A stretch of 64,000 nucleotides of DNA from Eledone cirrhosa (Eukaryota). A model generated the notes under the pieces. The model worked only from the letters and a program-made list of their open reading frames with translations. It did no database searches and had not been told where the DNA came from. The translations under genes and the position numbers were made by a program. This document shows, piece by piece, positions 13,076-26,720 of this stretch; position 1 is the stretch's first letter, and every line of letters begins with the position of its first letter. The DNA lies in contig OZ024748.1 in NCBI GenBank assembly GCA_964016885.1, positions 13,826,001 through 13,890,000 on the forward strand, read 5' to 3'.

Positions 13076-13465
13076 TTCAAGTTCAAGAATATATCGATAG
13101 ATAAATAGATAGAGTGTTATATCAAAAATATTGTGATTATAATTTTTCATATGACGATACTTTTGTAGCTTAAAGATTCTTTTCGGTAGCGCCAAAATGT
13201 CTGAGAATCTTGTCTTACATATAATAAGAAAATGTTGATTTTCAATTTACTTTTTTACCTGTATTGCTTTGTTTTTGTTTGTTACGTCATGATTTTTATA
13301 TTTGTTTCCGTTGATAAATCATATTTTCAGAAATTTCCTTTTTGTTTTTTCTTGATACTATAATTATTTTTATCGCTAAGTTTTCAGCAGTTTCATGTGG
13401 GCCTCTACTGCATAATCAGACGCACACCACATTTCTCAGGTATATACAGCATTGTCTATTGAAGA

Positions 13466-13629
13466 CGTACTTTCCCGGCGCCGAAGACACTTCGTCCTCG
13501 AGGACGCACCCTAATTTTGACAAACAAAACTTTGAAAAAGAAAATTAACGTTTGGCCTCCAGAACGCATGGTAGATTTTTTAGATTTATTTTTTGAAAAA
13601 AATAGCATCTTCGACGCCGGGAAATACGG
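13466..13629. mobile_element. pogo/Tigger-like MITE
   Basis: TIRs CGTACTTTCCCGGCGCCGAAGA / TCTTCGACGCCGGGAAATACGG, followed by TA. Confidence 0.75.
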
Positions 13630-13728
13630 TACTTATAAGCCATATCCCACAAGATGGTTTACATTGAGTTTCGTTACATTTTGTTCTGTGACCAAATTCT
13701 ACCCAAGTATATTTTATGTTTCATTCAG

Positions 13729-13811
13729 CTGAAATAAATGAATTGCGACGTCACAGGTATCAATCTGTATATAATTTTTTGTCAATCTCTTGGACGACAT
13801 CAATTTCGTAA
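13729..13811 (+). CDS. Candidate terminal exon (phase 1: (A)EINELRRHRYQSVYNFLSISWTTSIS*), paralog of 40866-41014, possibly frameshifted
   Basis: Acceptor TTTCATTCAG|CT; shared motifs AATGAA, CGTCA(C/G)AGG and GGACG(A/T)CATCA..GTAA with the 40866 copy. Confidence 0.3.
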
Positions 13812-14423
13812 AGAAGGGAGATTTGATTGCATAGACAACTGCTGATCTCTCACAAAATATTTATCGAAATAGTATTTGATTCTAATTACTGATGTATTAG
13901 TGACATAGGTGAATACTACCAGTTATATATGCAAGGATCGTTTCAGTCAAATACATGACTGAATTATCTTCAAATGCGTGAGATTATGCCGATGTCTGAC
14001 ATCAGTATTCTTTGTTTAAATGGCGGAATATGCAGACTTTGTTTGTTGTGGAAAGTGTCACATGCTGCAATCAACCAATAATGTTGAATAACAAGTATAC
14101 ATACATTGGTATTTAATGATATTTAAGCAATTTTTCAGCCAATCAAGTATTGTTTCCATACTCACTTACAGAAATGCTCCATCTTGTGCTTACACAAACA
14201 TTTTCTTTCTATATAGATTTCCAGTTAAAATAACAAAAAGTTTCTTTAGATTTAGCAATAGCCATTCTACCTGACCGATTGATATATTTTCTTAACAATT
14301 ACAATCTACTTCCTTCATTTGGAATTTGGTAGACGATCTCCAGACACATCAGTATCTGTTTGTTGACGTATCATTTTGTTTGAATCTGGTGATGTGTATG
14401 AAAGCGAGACAGACAGAAAGAGT

Positions 14424-14534
<111 letters not shown>

Positions 14535-15234
14535 TAAGAAATTAAAAGATAGAGACAAAAAGATAATAAGACAGACGACCGACGAGGAGACATAATAATG
14601 GAAGACAGAGATAAAGTGATGTTTAAGTAAAGGACATAAAACAAAAGTGTCAACCTACCAGTGGTAATCGAATGCTTTATATAGTTTCTGTTTTGTTTTG
14701 CTATTTTTATATTTATTTTGTTCCTCTGCAATCGACTCTCAGAAGAAAAAGAATATATTTCTCTATATGGTAAGATGGACGACAGAAACTGTAATATCGG
14801 TAGAGAAACGAACAAAATAATATCTTGTATTTGGTAACAGTTAAGAATTGGGGTCGATTTAATCAACATTCCCAGCCCTTGAAATTGAGAGCGTTTTGCT
14901 TAAATTAGAAAACAATTTTTACATTTGACGTTAGTATATGGTAGGAACTAAAGGAATCACAAATAAATTGTCTTGTGTGTTTAGATACTTGTCTCATGGC
15001 ACTGTGGTTCGATACCCGTTAGGATATTTTGCCTTCTCTTGCTTTACGTGATCGATAAAATGAGCGTTGGTAAAGTACTAGAGTAATTTTAAACATTCTT
15101 TCTCTATTCTGATAGTTCTGGTTTGATTACAATTTTTAAACCTGCTCAGTGTACACAATGTTTACATTATGATGTATTTCTCTGGTTTTGTTGTTGTTTA
15201 GCTGTTGGTCGTTCTTATCCAATGATTCTGTAAC

Positions 15235-15800
15235 GGTTTCTGATTTAGATACAAAGCCAACAAGTTTTGGTGAAGGGAAAGTCAATTAAATCGACCCCAG
15301 TGCGTTACTGGTACTTTATTTTATCAACCCCGTAAATATGAAAGGCAAAGCTCACCTCGGCGTGATTTGAACTCAGACCGTAAGCAGCATAACTCTATGC
15401 TGAAAAGCATGGCGCCAGGCCCTCTAGCGATATTGCCAATGTTTGTTCATATAATTGTTTCTACTTTTGGCACAAAGCCAGCAATTATCGCAGTGTATTA
15501 CTGGTACTTTATTTTATCGACCCCGTAAGGATGAAAGGCACAGTTAACCTCGGCGGGATTTGAACTTGTTCATATAATGATAGAAAGTAAGTTAGAGAAA
15601 ATGAGATTGTTATATAGAGAAAGAATCGACTCTACTTCTAGATTAATACATATTTTAATGACTTCGAATAATGAAAGGCAAATGTTACATGATTCACCTA
15701 TATTGGCGGCAATTGAACTCAGAAGGAAAAGGGATGTAACTATATGCCATAAATCAGGTTATCCGATGCTCTACCGATTCTACTGCCAATCTACAACCCT
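15235..15800 (-). mobile_element. Three Nin-SINE copies (two young, one old)
   Basis: Family motifs; the old copy at 15580 shares private substitutions with 3178-3300. Confidence 0.85.
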
Positions 15801-16267
15801 TTGATACTATAATAGAAGCCACTCCCGCCATAACAATCTATCCTTTCGTACATCTATGAATACATTATTCATTGTGAATCCTACAATTTTAATGATGCTA
15901 GGGTGAAATTTAAAGAATATTTAATTGTTTATTCTAGCAGGCCGAGTAACAATACAGGTTCGTTGAATTCTGACATAGAAAAGATTTGTGGTTATAAAAC
16001 ATTTTTATTATTTTTATCGATAACTTTTTAATGCAAAATATTGACACTTTTTAGAAGTGTGATAGTCAGAATTTCACACATGGAAGAATAACCACTGCCA
16101 ACAAAAACAAATGCACCACCAACACCATTATCAACAACACCGCACACACAAGGATGTACGACAACAGCAACAACACTAACAACACCACCTCTAACGCCAC
16201 CAACATCAACACAAACGACGACAGACACAAGTACTACTACTACTACTATCACTACTATTACAAATAA

Positions 16268-16482
16268 TGATTTCTAGTATAGGCACAAAGCCAGTAATTT
16301 TTGGGGGAAAGGAATGTTGATTAAATCGACACCAGTACCTTACTGGTACTTTATTTTATCGGCCATGTAAGGATGAAAGGCAAAGTTAACCACGGCGCGA
16401 TTTGAACTCAGACCGTAAAGGACCGTAACTCTATGCTGTAAAGCATAGTGTCCGACTCTACCGATACTGCCAATCCACCGCC
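16268..16482 (-). mobile_element. Nin-SINE copy (long variant)
   Basis: Full tRNA-like head and Nin core. Confidence 0.9.
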
Positions 16483-16512
16483 CTATTACTATTACAGATA
16501 ATAATACTAATT

Positions 16513-16915
16513 TCTTAATTGGCCACAAGGGCTGACATTTAGGGGCCATTACAAAAGACAGAGAATGTTGGGATTCAGGAACATCATCAATCCTGAGCCA
16601 TCCGATTCTCCGAGGGCACACATGGAGGGAAACCCCCTCTTCTACAAATCAGCCAATCTATTATTAATGGTATCTTTATTAGCCACACAGGGTTTACATT
16701 AAGAGGACAATAAAGACGTTACAGGAAAGTACACCGTGCGCATTTCGGTGGGTGAAGGAAAATTTATAAAAAAGGCTAAAAAAAAAAGGATTGAAAAACC
16801 AAATAAAACAAATTCTTCACAAGTGGGGATATATCTGAGAGTCACTCGTGGAGAAAGCCCACAAAAAGCCACAGTGACCATGACAGCTAGGGCAGGTGCC
16901 CTGTCTCAATTGATA
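16513..16915 (-). mobile_element. Probable LINE 3'-UTR remnants (two ends)
   Basis: TCTTTATTAGCCACACAGGG and TTCTTAATTGGCCACAAGGG termini resemble the AATAAA-bearing end of the LINE at 17540. Confidence 0.35.
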
Positions 16916-17037
16916 ACAGGAGTATTAACATAATTATCCACATCATATTCATTGGTATCATTGTTATCTTCATTGACTCTTTGTGGTCCAATTGCTGCTG
17001 CTTTTGTTGTGGTTGGTGTGGTAGTTTGTAGCTTTGA

Positions 17038-17110
17038 GAAGAAGAAGAAGAAGAAGAAGAAGAAGAAGAAGAAGAAGAAGAAGAAGAAGAAGAAGAAGAA
17101 GAAGAAGAAG

Positions 17111-17140
<30 letters not shown>
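17038..17140. repeat. (GAA)n microsatellite
   Basis: Directly visible. Confidence 0.97.
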
Positions 17141-17141
<1 letters not shown>

Positions 17142-17310
17142 TGTAGGCTAGAAAATGAAATCTCATTCAGTTGTTGCGCCATTAATTCAGTAAAGGCAGA
17201 CGAGATTAATCAAATATATAAATCATCTGTTGACAGCTACGGTGAATTAGATGTCCTCTCATTCTCTTCTATTTTCTCATCAGTCTTGTAGTTCAAATAT
17301 CGTAATACTT

Positions 17311-17343
<33 letters not shown>

Positions 17344-17539
17344 TAGTCACTGGTGATGTATTTGCGAATGAAGGTCATTTAAGATAGAGTATGCGGTGAG
17401 ATGGATGTATGTATCTTTCTGGTGTCCGGTTTACTTTCAATTGGAAGGCAACCTCCATCGTATAGGTAGATAGATAGATTGATTTATAAGTAGATAGACA
17501 GACAGACAGATAGATATATAGACAGACAGATAGATAGAT

Positions 17540-18203
17540 TTCTTTATTAGCTTGCGCAACAAGAAAAGGGGACAATACAAAGACATGCCGAGGATTTTAC
17601 ATACAGTCGTGTAAAAAATATAAAAACAAACAATTTCAACAATCGAAATCCCCAATAGGGGGGAGGCGCCACAAATGGGTTGTTTAATACTCCGTCGATA
17701 GAACAACCCTCAACTCCAGGAGCGTGTTGTGCAAGTGTTCCTTTCTTCCTTTTGCTCTCTTCCTCAACCTACAGCCTTATAAACAGAGAAGGCCCAATCA
17801 CTCGGGCCATTTTCGCTTCATTCACCCACCTTTCAGTAAATTTACTGGGGTGCAGTGCCTCTCTCTCCACCCTGATCCTCCTTCTAAAGTGAAACTTAAA
17901 GAAGGGAATCAATTGTTGTCCGGAGAGAAAGGCATCTGTCCTCAGTCCTATCAACCTCGTCCACCATATAACTTCTTTCACCATAGCCACCGCACAGAGG
18001 AAAACCGCCTCTCTTTCGTTTTTGAAAGAGGCTGGCGGTCTGATCCTTACTATGGACTCGGCAGTCAACTGGATTTGTCCCATACGCGACAGCAGTTGTT
18101 CTGCATAGTTCCACAGGTCGCTTACGCCCGGACAGTGTACAATTGCGTGCAGAACTGTTTCAATGTCCTGCGCACATCTTGGACACGTCCTTTTGGAAGG
18201 ATC
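17540..18203 (-). mobile_element. 5'-truncated L1/Tx1-clade LINE (ORF2 C-terminus and 3' UTR)
   Basis: The frame of ORF 17769-18083 extends upstream as [27 protein letters not shown] (CCHC knuckle) and continues ..KEVIWWTR..; AATAAA at the 3' end; duplicated target at 17455-17539 and 18204-18292. Confidence 0.85.
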
Positions 18204-18280
18204 CCATCGTATAGGTAGATAGATAGATTGATTGATAAGTAGATAGACAGACAGACAGATAGATATATAGACAGACAGAC

Positions 18281-18340
<60 letters not shown>

Positions 18341-18457
18341 TGAAAGCTAGATAAATATATATAGAGAGAGTGTGTGCGTGTGCGAGAGACAGAGACGGGT
18401 AGGTAGAGAGAGGGTGATAGATAGAGTCAGAGAGAGATAGTCAGAGAGAGAGGGAGC

Positions 18458-18508
<51 letters not shown>

Positions 18509-19074
18509 AGAGGGAGAGAGAGAGAGAGAGAGAGATATCGGTTACAAGAAGTATGGAGCAATGAGAAACAGACACATTGAGTAAGCTAGAATATTATATG
18601 TCAATGTGTGCGAGAGATTAAATGCTATATTATATATAAGGGACATAATGCTACATTGTATATCTACGTGTTAATGACATCAATTTCTTTAATTAGATTC
18701 ACGTGTGGTGTATCATACGTAAGGCATAATAAATTCTTCTTAACTTTTGAGCATTTTCGTCTCTGAGAAATAGACGAATTACAAAACTCTGTCAGCAATC
18801 GTTAGTGACACTCAAAGTAAGGGGAGATTATTTCAGGAAATTCAGACTAATTTATAGTAGAAAAAACCATGTTCTTTACTGACTCAACTATGCTTATAAT
18901 TGTTACTATTACTATATTATCTACTCTAGAGATGTTACAATACTGAAGCAGTAAATCGTTATCTTGAATGCTTGAATATCTGCATAAGTTGCGAAAAGCT
19001 TTTAAATTGATTTCACTATGCCTTATATTGTTTTTGCGTCACCATTTGTAAATAAGCTGTTTCCCCAAATTTTC

Positions 19075-19330
19075 TTCTCTTGATCTTGTGTCATCCCTAC
19101 ATTGAAGTTGAAACATGCACAAAGTTCTTGTTCCAGATTCTCGATCTCCCATCGCAGCAAGAAGATCCTGTCCAGTGAGGCCAAGGTTCCTCGCTAATAG
19201 TGTCCCAATGGTTACGTTTGAACGCGATACTTCGCGTTTTCCATCTGGTGACAAGAGAAGCAGTTTCCCCGCAGGTTCATCACGACAGGAAACAGGATAT
19301 TGGCGAAATCTAGGAATATGCAGGTGTGGA
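19075..19330 (-). mobile_element. RTE-type LINE ORF C-terminal remnant
   Basis: SPDGKR..TLLARNLGLTGQDLLAAMGDRE resembles RTE C-termini and the 33620 fragment. Confidence 0.5.
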
Positions 19331-20103
19331 GAGCCGAGCCGCGTATATTTTAGCCATTAGAACCCCCCACACCATCACAAAAAAGATGTAGTACCCAACA
19401 TGAAATAGTAATTTACAAAAATATATGGGCGTTAGTATGGCAGGCATTAGGGGTGTTACAATGATATTGAAAGGAATAGCTAGCGATATATTATTTGGAA
19501 GGTTTATTCTATGGAAGCAGCGGAGTTTTGGATGCAACTGTAAATCCCCTTTACGATATTTTTATAAAAGGTTTCGTTATATTTATTGCTTACGAGGAAA
19601 AGCTTGCTTACAAGATTTAGAAAAAATTCGCGGTAATATTACAGCGAACATATAATTTATAGGGAGAATTGTATCATATAATCTTTCGTACCCTATTTTT
19701 TCGCTTCTGAATATTAACGCTGTTCTGTATATAATGTGTTATTTCTTTGAAGCTATTGTGTCTTTTATACTTCATTGTAATAATGAGTTGCGTGATTAAA
19801 GGTTTACTCGTCAGAGGATAAATTATATATGCGTTTCCTTTTGTTAATATGATTTTTTTGTTTTTTTCTCGAGGAGGAATTAGTGATTTGGAGGGATTTA
19901 TATTAATGTACTGCAATTAGTCGTTAAGTTGGCCACAAGAGCAACACTTACAGGAAGAACCGATCGATATTCGCTTAAAACAGACTACACACTTCATTAC
20001 ATAAAATCACAAGCGAATACAAATAACATTGTACGAAATGTCTAAAAATTAAAAATCTTATTAGAAAGGACCCCAAAAAACCTGTAAGCCTGTGAGTAAG
20101 ATA

Positions 20104-20243
20104 CTAATGACAACCTGATGTACAAATCCAACTGCGATCCGAGCCGTTATATTGCCCATAAAAATAACAATACACTCCCATCTCCCCAAGCCTATATTTA
20201 CAACAATGTACCATTGTGCAGCAGTACATCTCATTACAAACAA
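20104..20243 (-). CDS. Candidate terminal exon of an 8-Cys peptide (xVCNEMYCCTMVHCCKYRLGEMGVYCYFYGQYNGSDRSWICTSGCH*)
   Basis: Strong acceptor GGTTTTGTGTTTTCAG, phase 1, 45 open codons in non-repetitive sequence, even Cys count. Confidence 0.45.
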
Positions 20244-20406
20244 CTGAAAACACAAAACCGAACCAGTTAGGAAACCATTAATAAACAACATATATATCCT
20301 ATACAAAAGCCCTAACAAAAATAGATATTTAATGATGGAAACCATGCAATATATATGCACAAATACATCATGTATATATATATACAAACAAAGACCCTAA
20401 TGCACA

Positions 20407-20473
<67 letters not shown>

Positions 20474-20496
20474 TTATATATATATATATATATATA

Positions 20497-20547
<51 letters not shown>

Positions 20548-20548
20548 T

Positions 20549-20605
<57 letters not shown>

Positions 20606-21118
20606 GTGTGTGTGTGTGTATGTGTACGTATAAGTATATATATATATATATATATATGACTGTGTGTATCTATTCTATAATAAATATGCTATGAGGGATA
20701 TCACAGTGTTTGGGAGAAATATTTAAAATATAGAAAACATTTGTATTGAATATAGAGAAGAATATCCCGTATGATTTGAATGAGAACTCATAGCCTCAAA
20801 GAATTCTCTTTCCATGTCCAAGTACATGATCCGTAATTCTGATAATTTGTTCGTCGCACTATCGTATTGGACGTCAGATATTGGGCATTTCATATATGGC
20901 TTTGGCCATTAATTTGCAGGTGTAAACCAACGGTTACTTCAAGAAAGAAAGAGAGATAGAGAAAGTAAAAGAGGGGATGTGATAAAGAGATAGAGTGAAA
21001 GAAATGATTCCAGTTTCTTGGTGCAGTGTTCACGACTGATGGAAGGCAACAGGCAGAAGGAGTAATGCGCTAGCTTAAGGATTCAGTAATGAGAATAACA
21101 GTGGTTCGATAACATCCA

Positions 21119-21302
21119 AGAAGAAGAAAAAGAAGAAGAAAAGGAAAAAAAGAAAAAGAAAAAAGAAAAAAAGAAAAAAGAGAAAAAAGAAGAAAAAAGA
21201 GAAAAAGGAAGAAAAAAGGAAAAAAAAAAGAAAATAAGAAGAAACAACTAAAGAAAAAAAGAAGAAAAAGAAGTAGAGAAGAAGAAGAAGAAGAAGAAGA
21301 AG

Positions 21303-21337
<35 letters not shown>

Positions 21338-21535
21338 AGAAGTAAAAAAGAAGAAATCGACGACGACGAAAACGACGGCAACGACAACGACGGTAACGAC
21401 AACGCCGACAACGACGGCAACGACAACGCCGACAACGACGACGACGACGGCAACGACGATAACAACGCCAACGACAGCAACAACAACAACAACAACAACA
21501 ACGACGATGACGACAGCAACAACGACAGCTACGAA
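21119..21535. repeat. Compound purine-rich (GAA)n/(GAC)n/(AAC)n repeat
   Basis: Directly visible. Confidence 0.93.
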
Positions 21536-21626
21536 ACGATGAGGAAAGGCAAAGTTCACTCATGTGGTACTTGAACTCAGAACCTCGAGAACAGAGAGGG
21601 ACGAATATTGCAAAGCTTTCCTATTA

Positions 21627-21973
21627 ACCTAATGTCAAGAAAAAAAAACAGCTTGCTCTGGATATTGTTGAATGCCTTAAACACATCAATCAAAGTACAA
21701 CTATACAGTTAGTAAAACATGAGAAATTGTTGTCCCTTGAACAATGAAACCACTGTCATATTTCAATAAGACGTCAAATAGCTATTCGACGTCTTATTGA
21801 AATATAACAGTGGTTTCATTGGAAGCAAATCTTTGCTCCCAACATGAAATCTAACCTTTCCTCAAGGGACAACAATTTCTCATGTTTTACTAACTGTATA
21901 GTTGTACTTTGATTTATGTGTTTAAGGCATTCAACAATATCCAGAGGAAGCTTTTTTTTTCGTGACATTAGGT
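21627..21973. repeat. Long near-perfect palindrome (fold-back/MITE-like)
   Basis: ~150-bp arms centred on AATAGCTATT at 21777-21786; ~40-bp extra segment in the right arm. Confidence 0.92.
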
Positions 21974-22054
21974 CAAAGTATTATCATTTATAACTAGGCC
22001 AATATATGAAATATAATTCTATTGTATAGCTATTGAAGTAATGAGCAGTTAGAA

Positions 22055-22142
<88 letters not shown>

Positions 22143-22175
22143 GGAGAGAGAGAGATGGAGAGAGACATAGAGAGT

Positions 22176-22219
<44 letters not shown>

Positions 22220-22276
22220 CATAGAGAGGGAGAGAGAGAGAGATAAAGAGAGATACATATATATATATATATATAC

Positions 22277-23247
<971 letters not shown>

Positions 23248-23326
23248 AATTTAGCTCTGTAACTTACATAGAGCACTCTTCACTCCTATGACTTTTTCAA
23301 TTTTCAACGGAAACTTCAATACTTAT

Positions 23327-23374
<48 letters not shown>

Positions 23375-24291
23375 TGGTTTCTCTTATTTCGCCTTACATT
23401 AAATCTTTCCTCTCGATTGATTTGTTGGCTTAGCTCAATCTCTCTCACGCTCTCTCTCTCTGTCGTTCTCACACTCATTCTGCTCGCTATTTCAATAGCT
23501 ATATCTATAAATATACAAACGTGACGTAAAGGGGCTCCATAGAACTTTATGATGGAACTGTATAGAGACTCTTATATATGTTAGTTTAAGTGAGATAATA
23601 TTTGATATGAAATCCCCGGTTATTTAACACACACAATCACATCCACTCAAACACACATAGATACCTATACACACACACATATTATATACACACACACACA
23701 CAAACACATATATATATGTGCGTGTGTGTGTGTGTATATATATATGTTTATATATACATGTATATTTATATGTATATATATAAAACATATATATATGTGT
23801 GTGTATATATATATACATACATATATGTATATATATATGTATATACATCTGTATTTATATGTATATATATATATATATATCTAAATACGTGTGTATGTGT
23901 CTGTATGTATATCAACACAGCCATTTAACGTACGATATATAAATATATATATATATATGTGTGTGTGTGTGTATGCATGTGTATGATAGTCTTTGGCTGC
24001 CTGTGTATGTGTATCTGCTTATCTGAGCTTGAGTGTGATATTTGGTGTAGAATATTAAAACAATCAGCTAACTATTTGGCACGGATAACCATACTTTTAT
24101 CTTTGTATAGGTCGTTGTTCTATTATATAATGCTACTCCTATAGTACCGCTGTATAAACAGACCAGCAGACAGTGAGGCAGGCAGAGAGCCAGACATGTA
24201 ATCAGACAGACAGGCAGACAGGCTGACAGTCATGTATGCCTGTTAATCTCTTGCCTAATGGGAGAAGCAGAATAAAGATGGAATATATAAA

Positions 24292-24327
<36 letters not shown>

Positions 24328-24360
24328 TATATATAAATATTTATATATATATATATGAGT

Positions 24361-24411
24361 ACAGAATTAGCCGTCGAAACGGCTTGAGCTCAGCCGTCGG
24401 GGTCTTACTTG

Positions 24412-24415
<4 letters not shown>
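24361..24415 (+). mobile_element. Family C fragment in (TA)n
   Basis: CAGAATTAGCCGTCGAAACGGCTTGAGCTCAGCCGTCGGGGTC identical to 38708-38750. Confidence 0.8.
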
Positions 24416-24485
<70 letters not shown>

Positions 24486-24693
24486 CACACACATATATAT
24501 ATATATATATATGGGGTTGGGTACATATTTGTGTAATATGTGTGGAATGTGTATGTATGCATACACAATATCCACTTCTTTCAATTCGCTTTATATCCAT
24601 TTTCCTGAGCGTAAACTAACTAATATGATGTAAATTTCTTAAATGGTTTTCGAAACCCCAATCTATATACTATGACTAAACTGTATACTATGA

Positions 24694-24860
24694 CTAAACT
24701 GCACTATCATTGGCTAATGTAGAAACCTTCGAAAACATCGACTGTAACAGTTTGTATGTATGGTCCTGTAAATTCCGTGGCAATCGTAGGGATGCTGTAT
24801 TTTCATACGGCTTGTGTCGGCCATTTTCTAAACCTGGCGAAGCTCTTCTCCTTTCTATAT
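24694..24860 (-). CDS. Candidate terminal exon (phase 1: (D)IERRRASPGLENGRHKPYENTASLRLPRNLQDHTYKLLQSMFSKVSTLANDSAV*), paralog of 2218-2315
   Basis: Acceptor TCTGCTGTCTTCAG|; shares AAGCCGTAT and TTACAGGACCA with the 2315 copy; 2-nt indel between the copies. Confidence 0.35.
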
Positions 24861-24899
24861 CTGAAGACAGCAGATTCCCTCCATTGAAAGATAGAAAGA

Positions 24900-25880
24900 A
24901 TTAGATAATGGAAGAGGGGAAAAAGATGTAGAGGCAGAATCGATTCTAGTACTAGATTTGTATTTTTTATCGATCTCGAAAAGGTGAGAAGCAAACTTGA
25001 TCTTGACGGGATTTCAACTCAGATAGCAAAGACGCTAAACGAATACAGCAATGCATTACATCTGATATTTTAATGCCTCTGCCAATTCGCCACCTCCGTA
25101 ACGGTTTAACATTGGTGATGTTAAGGTTCTCTTCAACAACTTTGTATTTAATTCAAGTTTTGACAAAACCTTCAATTTATCAAAAAACTGTTTGTCATCG
25201 CTGTTTTATTGCAATAAATTGCTTCAAATATATTTCAAGTTGATACTATCTGCCAGTCACAATTCCTAGTAGATTGAGGTAGGATGTTATCTCAGAACGT
25301 ACAGAGAAGGGACAAATGCCTCAAAGAATTTCGACCGATTATCTTATATACTTCTGGCAATCCACCGCCTTTAGACTGGTACTTTATTCATTGACACCCG
25401 CCTCCCCATCTTGCTACATGTATGAAAGAAAAATTTGAATTTACGAGATAGAACTCGAGCGAATTATGCCGGAACATATACTGAGTCAGTTAATCCGACT
25501 CCCAATTCGTCAAACACTTATAAAGTTTTATGATTTAAGCACAAGACCAAAAGTCCTGGGGGAAGAGGAAGTGAAATAAATCGACTACAGAATTTGAATT
25601 TTACATTTTTATCGACAACAAAATAAGGAAAGGCAAAGATGACCACGACGGGGTTTGAATTCAAAAGTTATAGGGTGAGCAAATTCCATTAAGCTTTGGT
25701 CCCACCGTCTAACAATTCTGCCAATTCAGCACCCTTGCCAAACATCAGTAATGCTCTCTAATTTAGGCATATGGCCAATGATTTAGAGGGAAGGGTAAAG
25801 TGGATGACATCGACCGCAACACAAGACTGTTACCTTATATCCCCAGATACAGAAAAGGCAAATTTTACCACGCAATTGTT
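24900..25880 (-). mobile_element. Cluster of old, diverged Nin-SINE copies
   Basis: Degenerate GAAAGGCAAAG..GGGTTTGAATTC..TGCCAATTC motifs. Confidence 0.65.
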
Positions 25881-26444
25881 TGAAAGGGGCATTTAATGCG
25901 ATAACCTAAGGAATCTATCATTTAATTCTTCTCCCGGTAATAATGGATATATTGTTGTCGAACAGGGTAGAATTGATGTTGTTATTGTTGTTTCTCGCCT
26001 TGAATGTAATGAAACCTCGGCATTCTACAAACAATCAATTTCTGTCTACTATATCACTCTTTTATATATACAAATGAAACACTACAGTACCAACGCACGT
26101 ATATTTATTTTATTTCTCATTCAGCTTTCGTCAGCAAAGATGGGAGAATTTACAATCATACTTCACCCGGTCATTAAACTTTAACATTTGCCATTCAGAT
26201 AAATGTCATGTTATCTCCCTGACGTTGGTGTTGTATGGGGATTTTGTAAATATTTTATTATTTCCTGCTTTCGTAGACAGTGTGTTTGCATTTGTCACTA
26301 CGTCATTGAGGTTTAGAGTTTAATGAGGCAAGTGTTTTCATCTTTTATTGGATCTAAGGGAACATAAACGGATATAAATATTTTTCTCAATGCTGTATAC
26401 TTTAGGCAGTAAACAGTTATCGGCTTTAGATAACAGGATTCCAT

Positions 26445-26720
26445 GTATTGCTGAGTGGTTTAGAAACCTGCTTCCTAGTCGTGAGGTCCTGGGTTCGAAC
26501 GATACACACTGTGTGATGTTTTATGGTGGAGGGAGGGGGTCATCAAAATGATTTACTCTAACCCAACCCATGAATAGATGGAAATCGTAGAGAAACCGAC
26601 GGATGTCTTTCACTTATATTCAAAGCTCCAGGCTTGTTACATATTGTGTCACGTTGATTTGGCTTAGGAATTACGTTAAGGGTACACCTATCCATGGAAT
26701 ACTCAAGCACAGTACATGTG
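26445..26720 (+). mobile_element. Degenerate tRNA-derived SINE
   Basis: A box TTGCTGAGTGG, B box GGTTCGAAC; 3' part resembles the reverse complement of 4310-4400. Confidence 0.5.

Noticed and set aside
24710-24904. Plus-strand 64-aa ORF
   Set aside because: Antisense to the paralog-supported minus exon; the equivalent frame stops early in the 2.2-kb copy
25943-26080. Signal-peptide-like ORF MDILLSNRVELMLLLLFLALNV..
   Set aside because: The leucines come from a (TTG)n run; no clear donor or paralog
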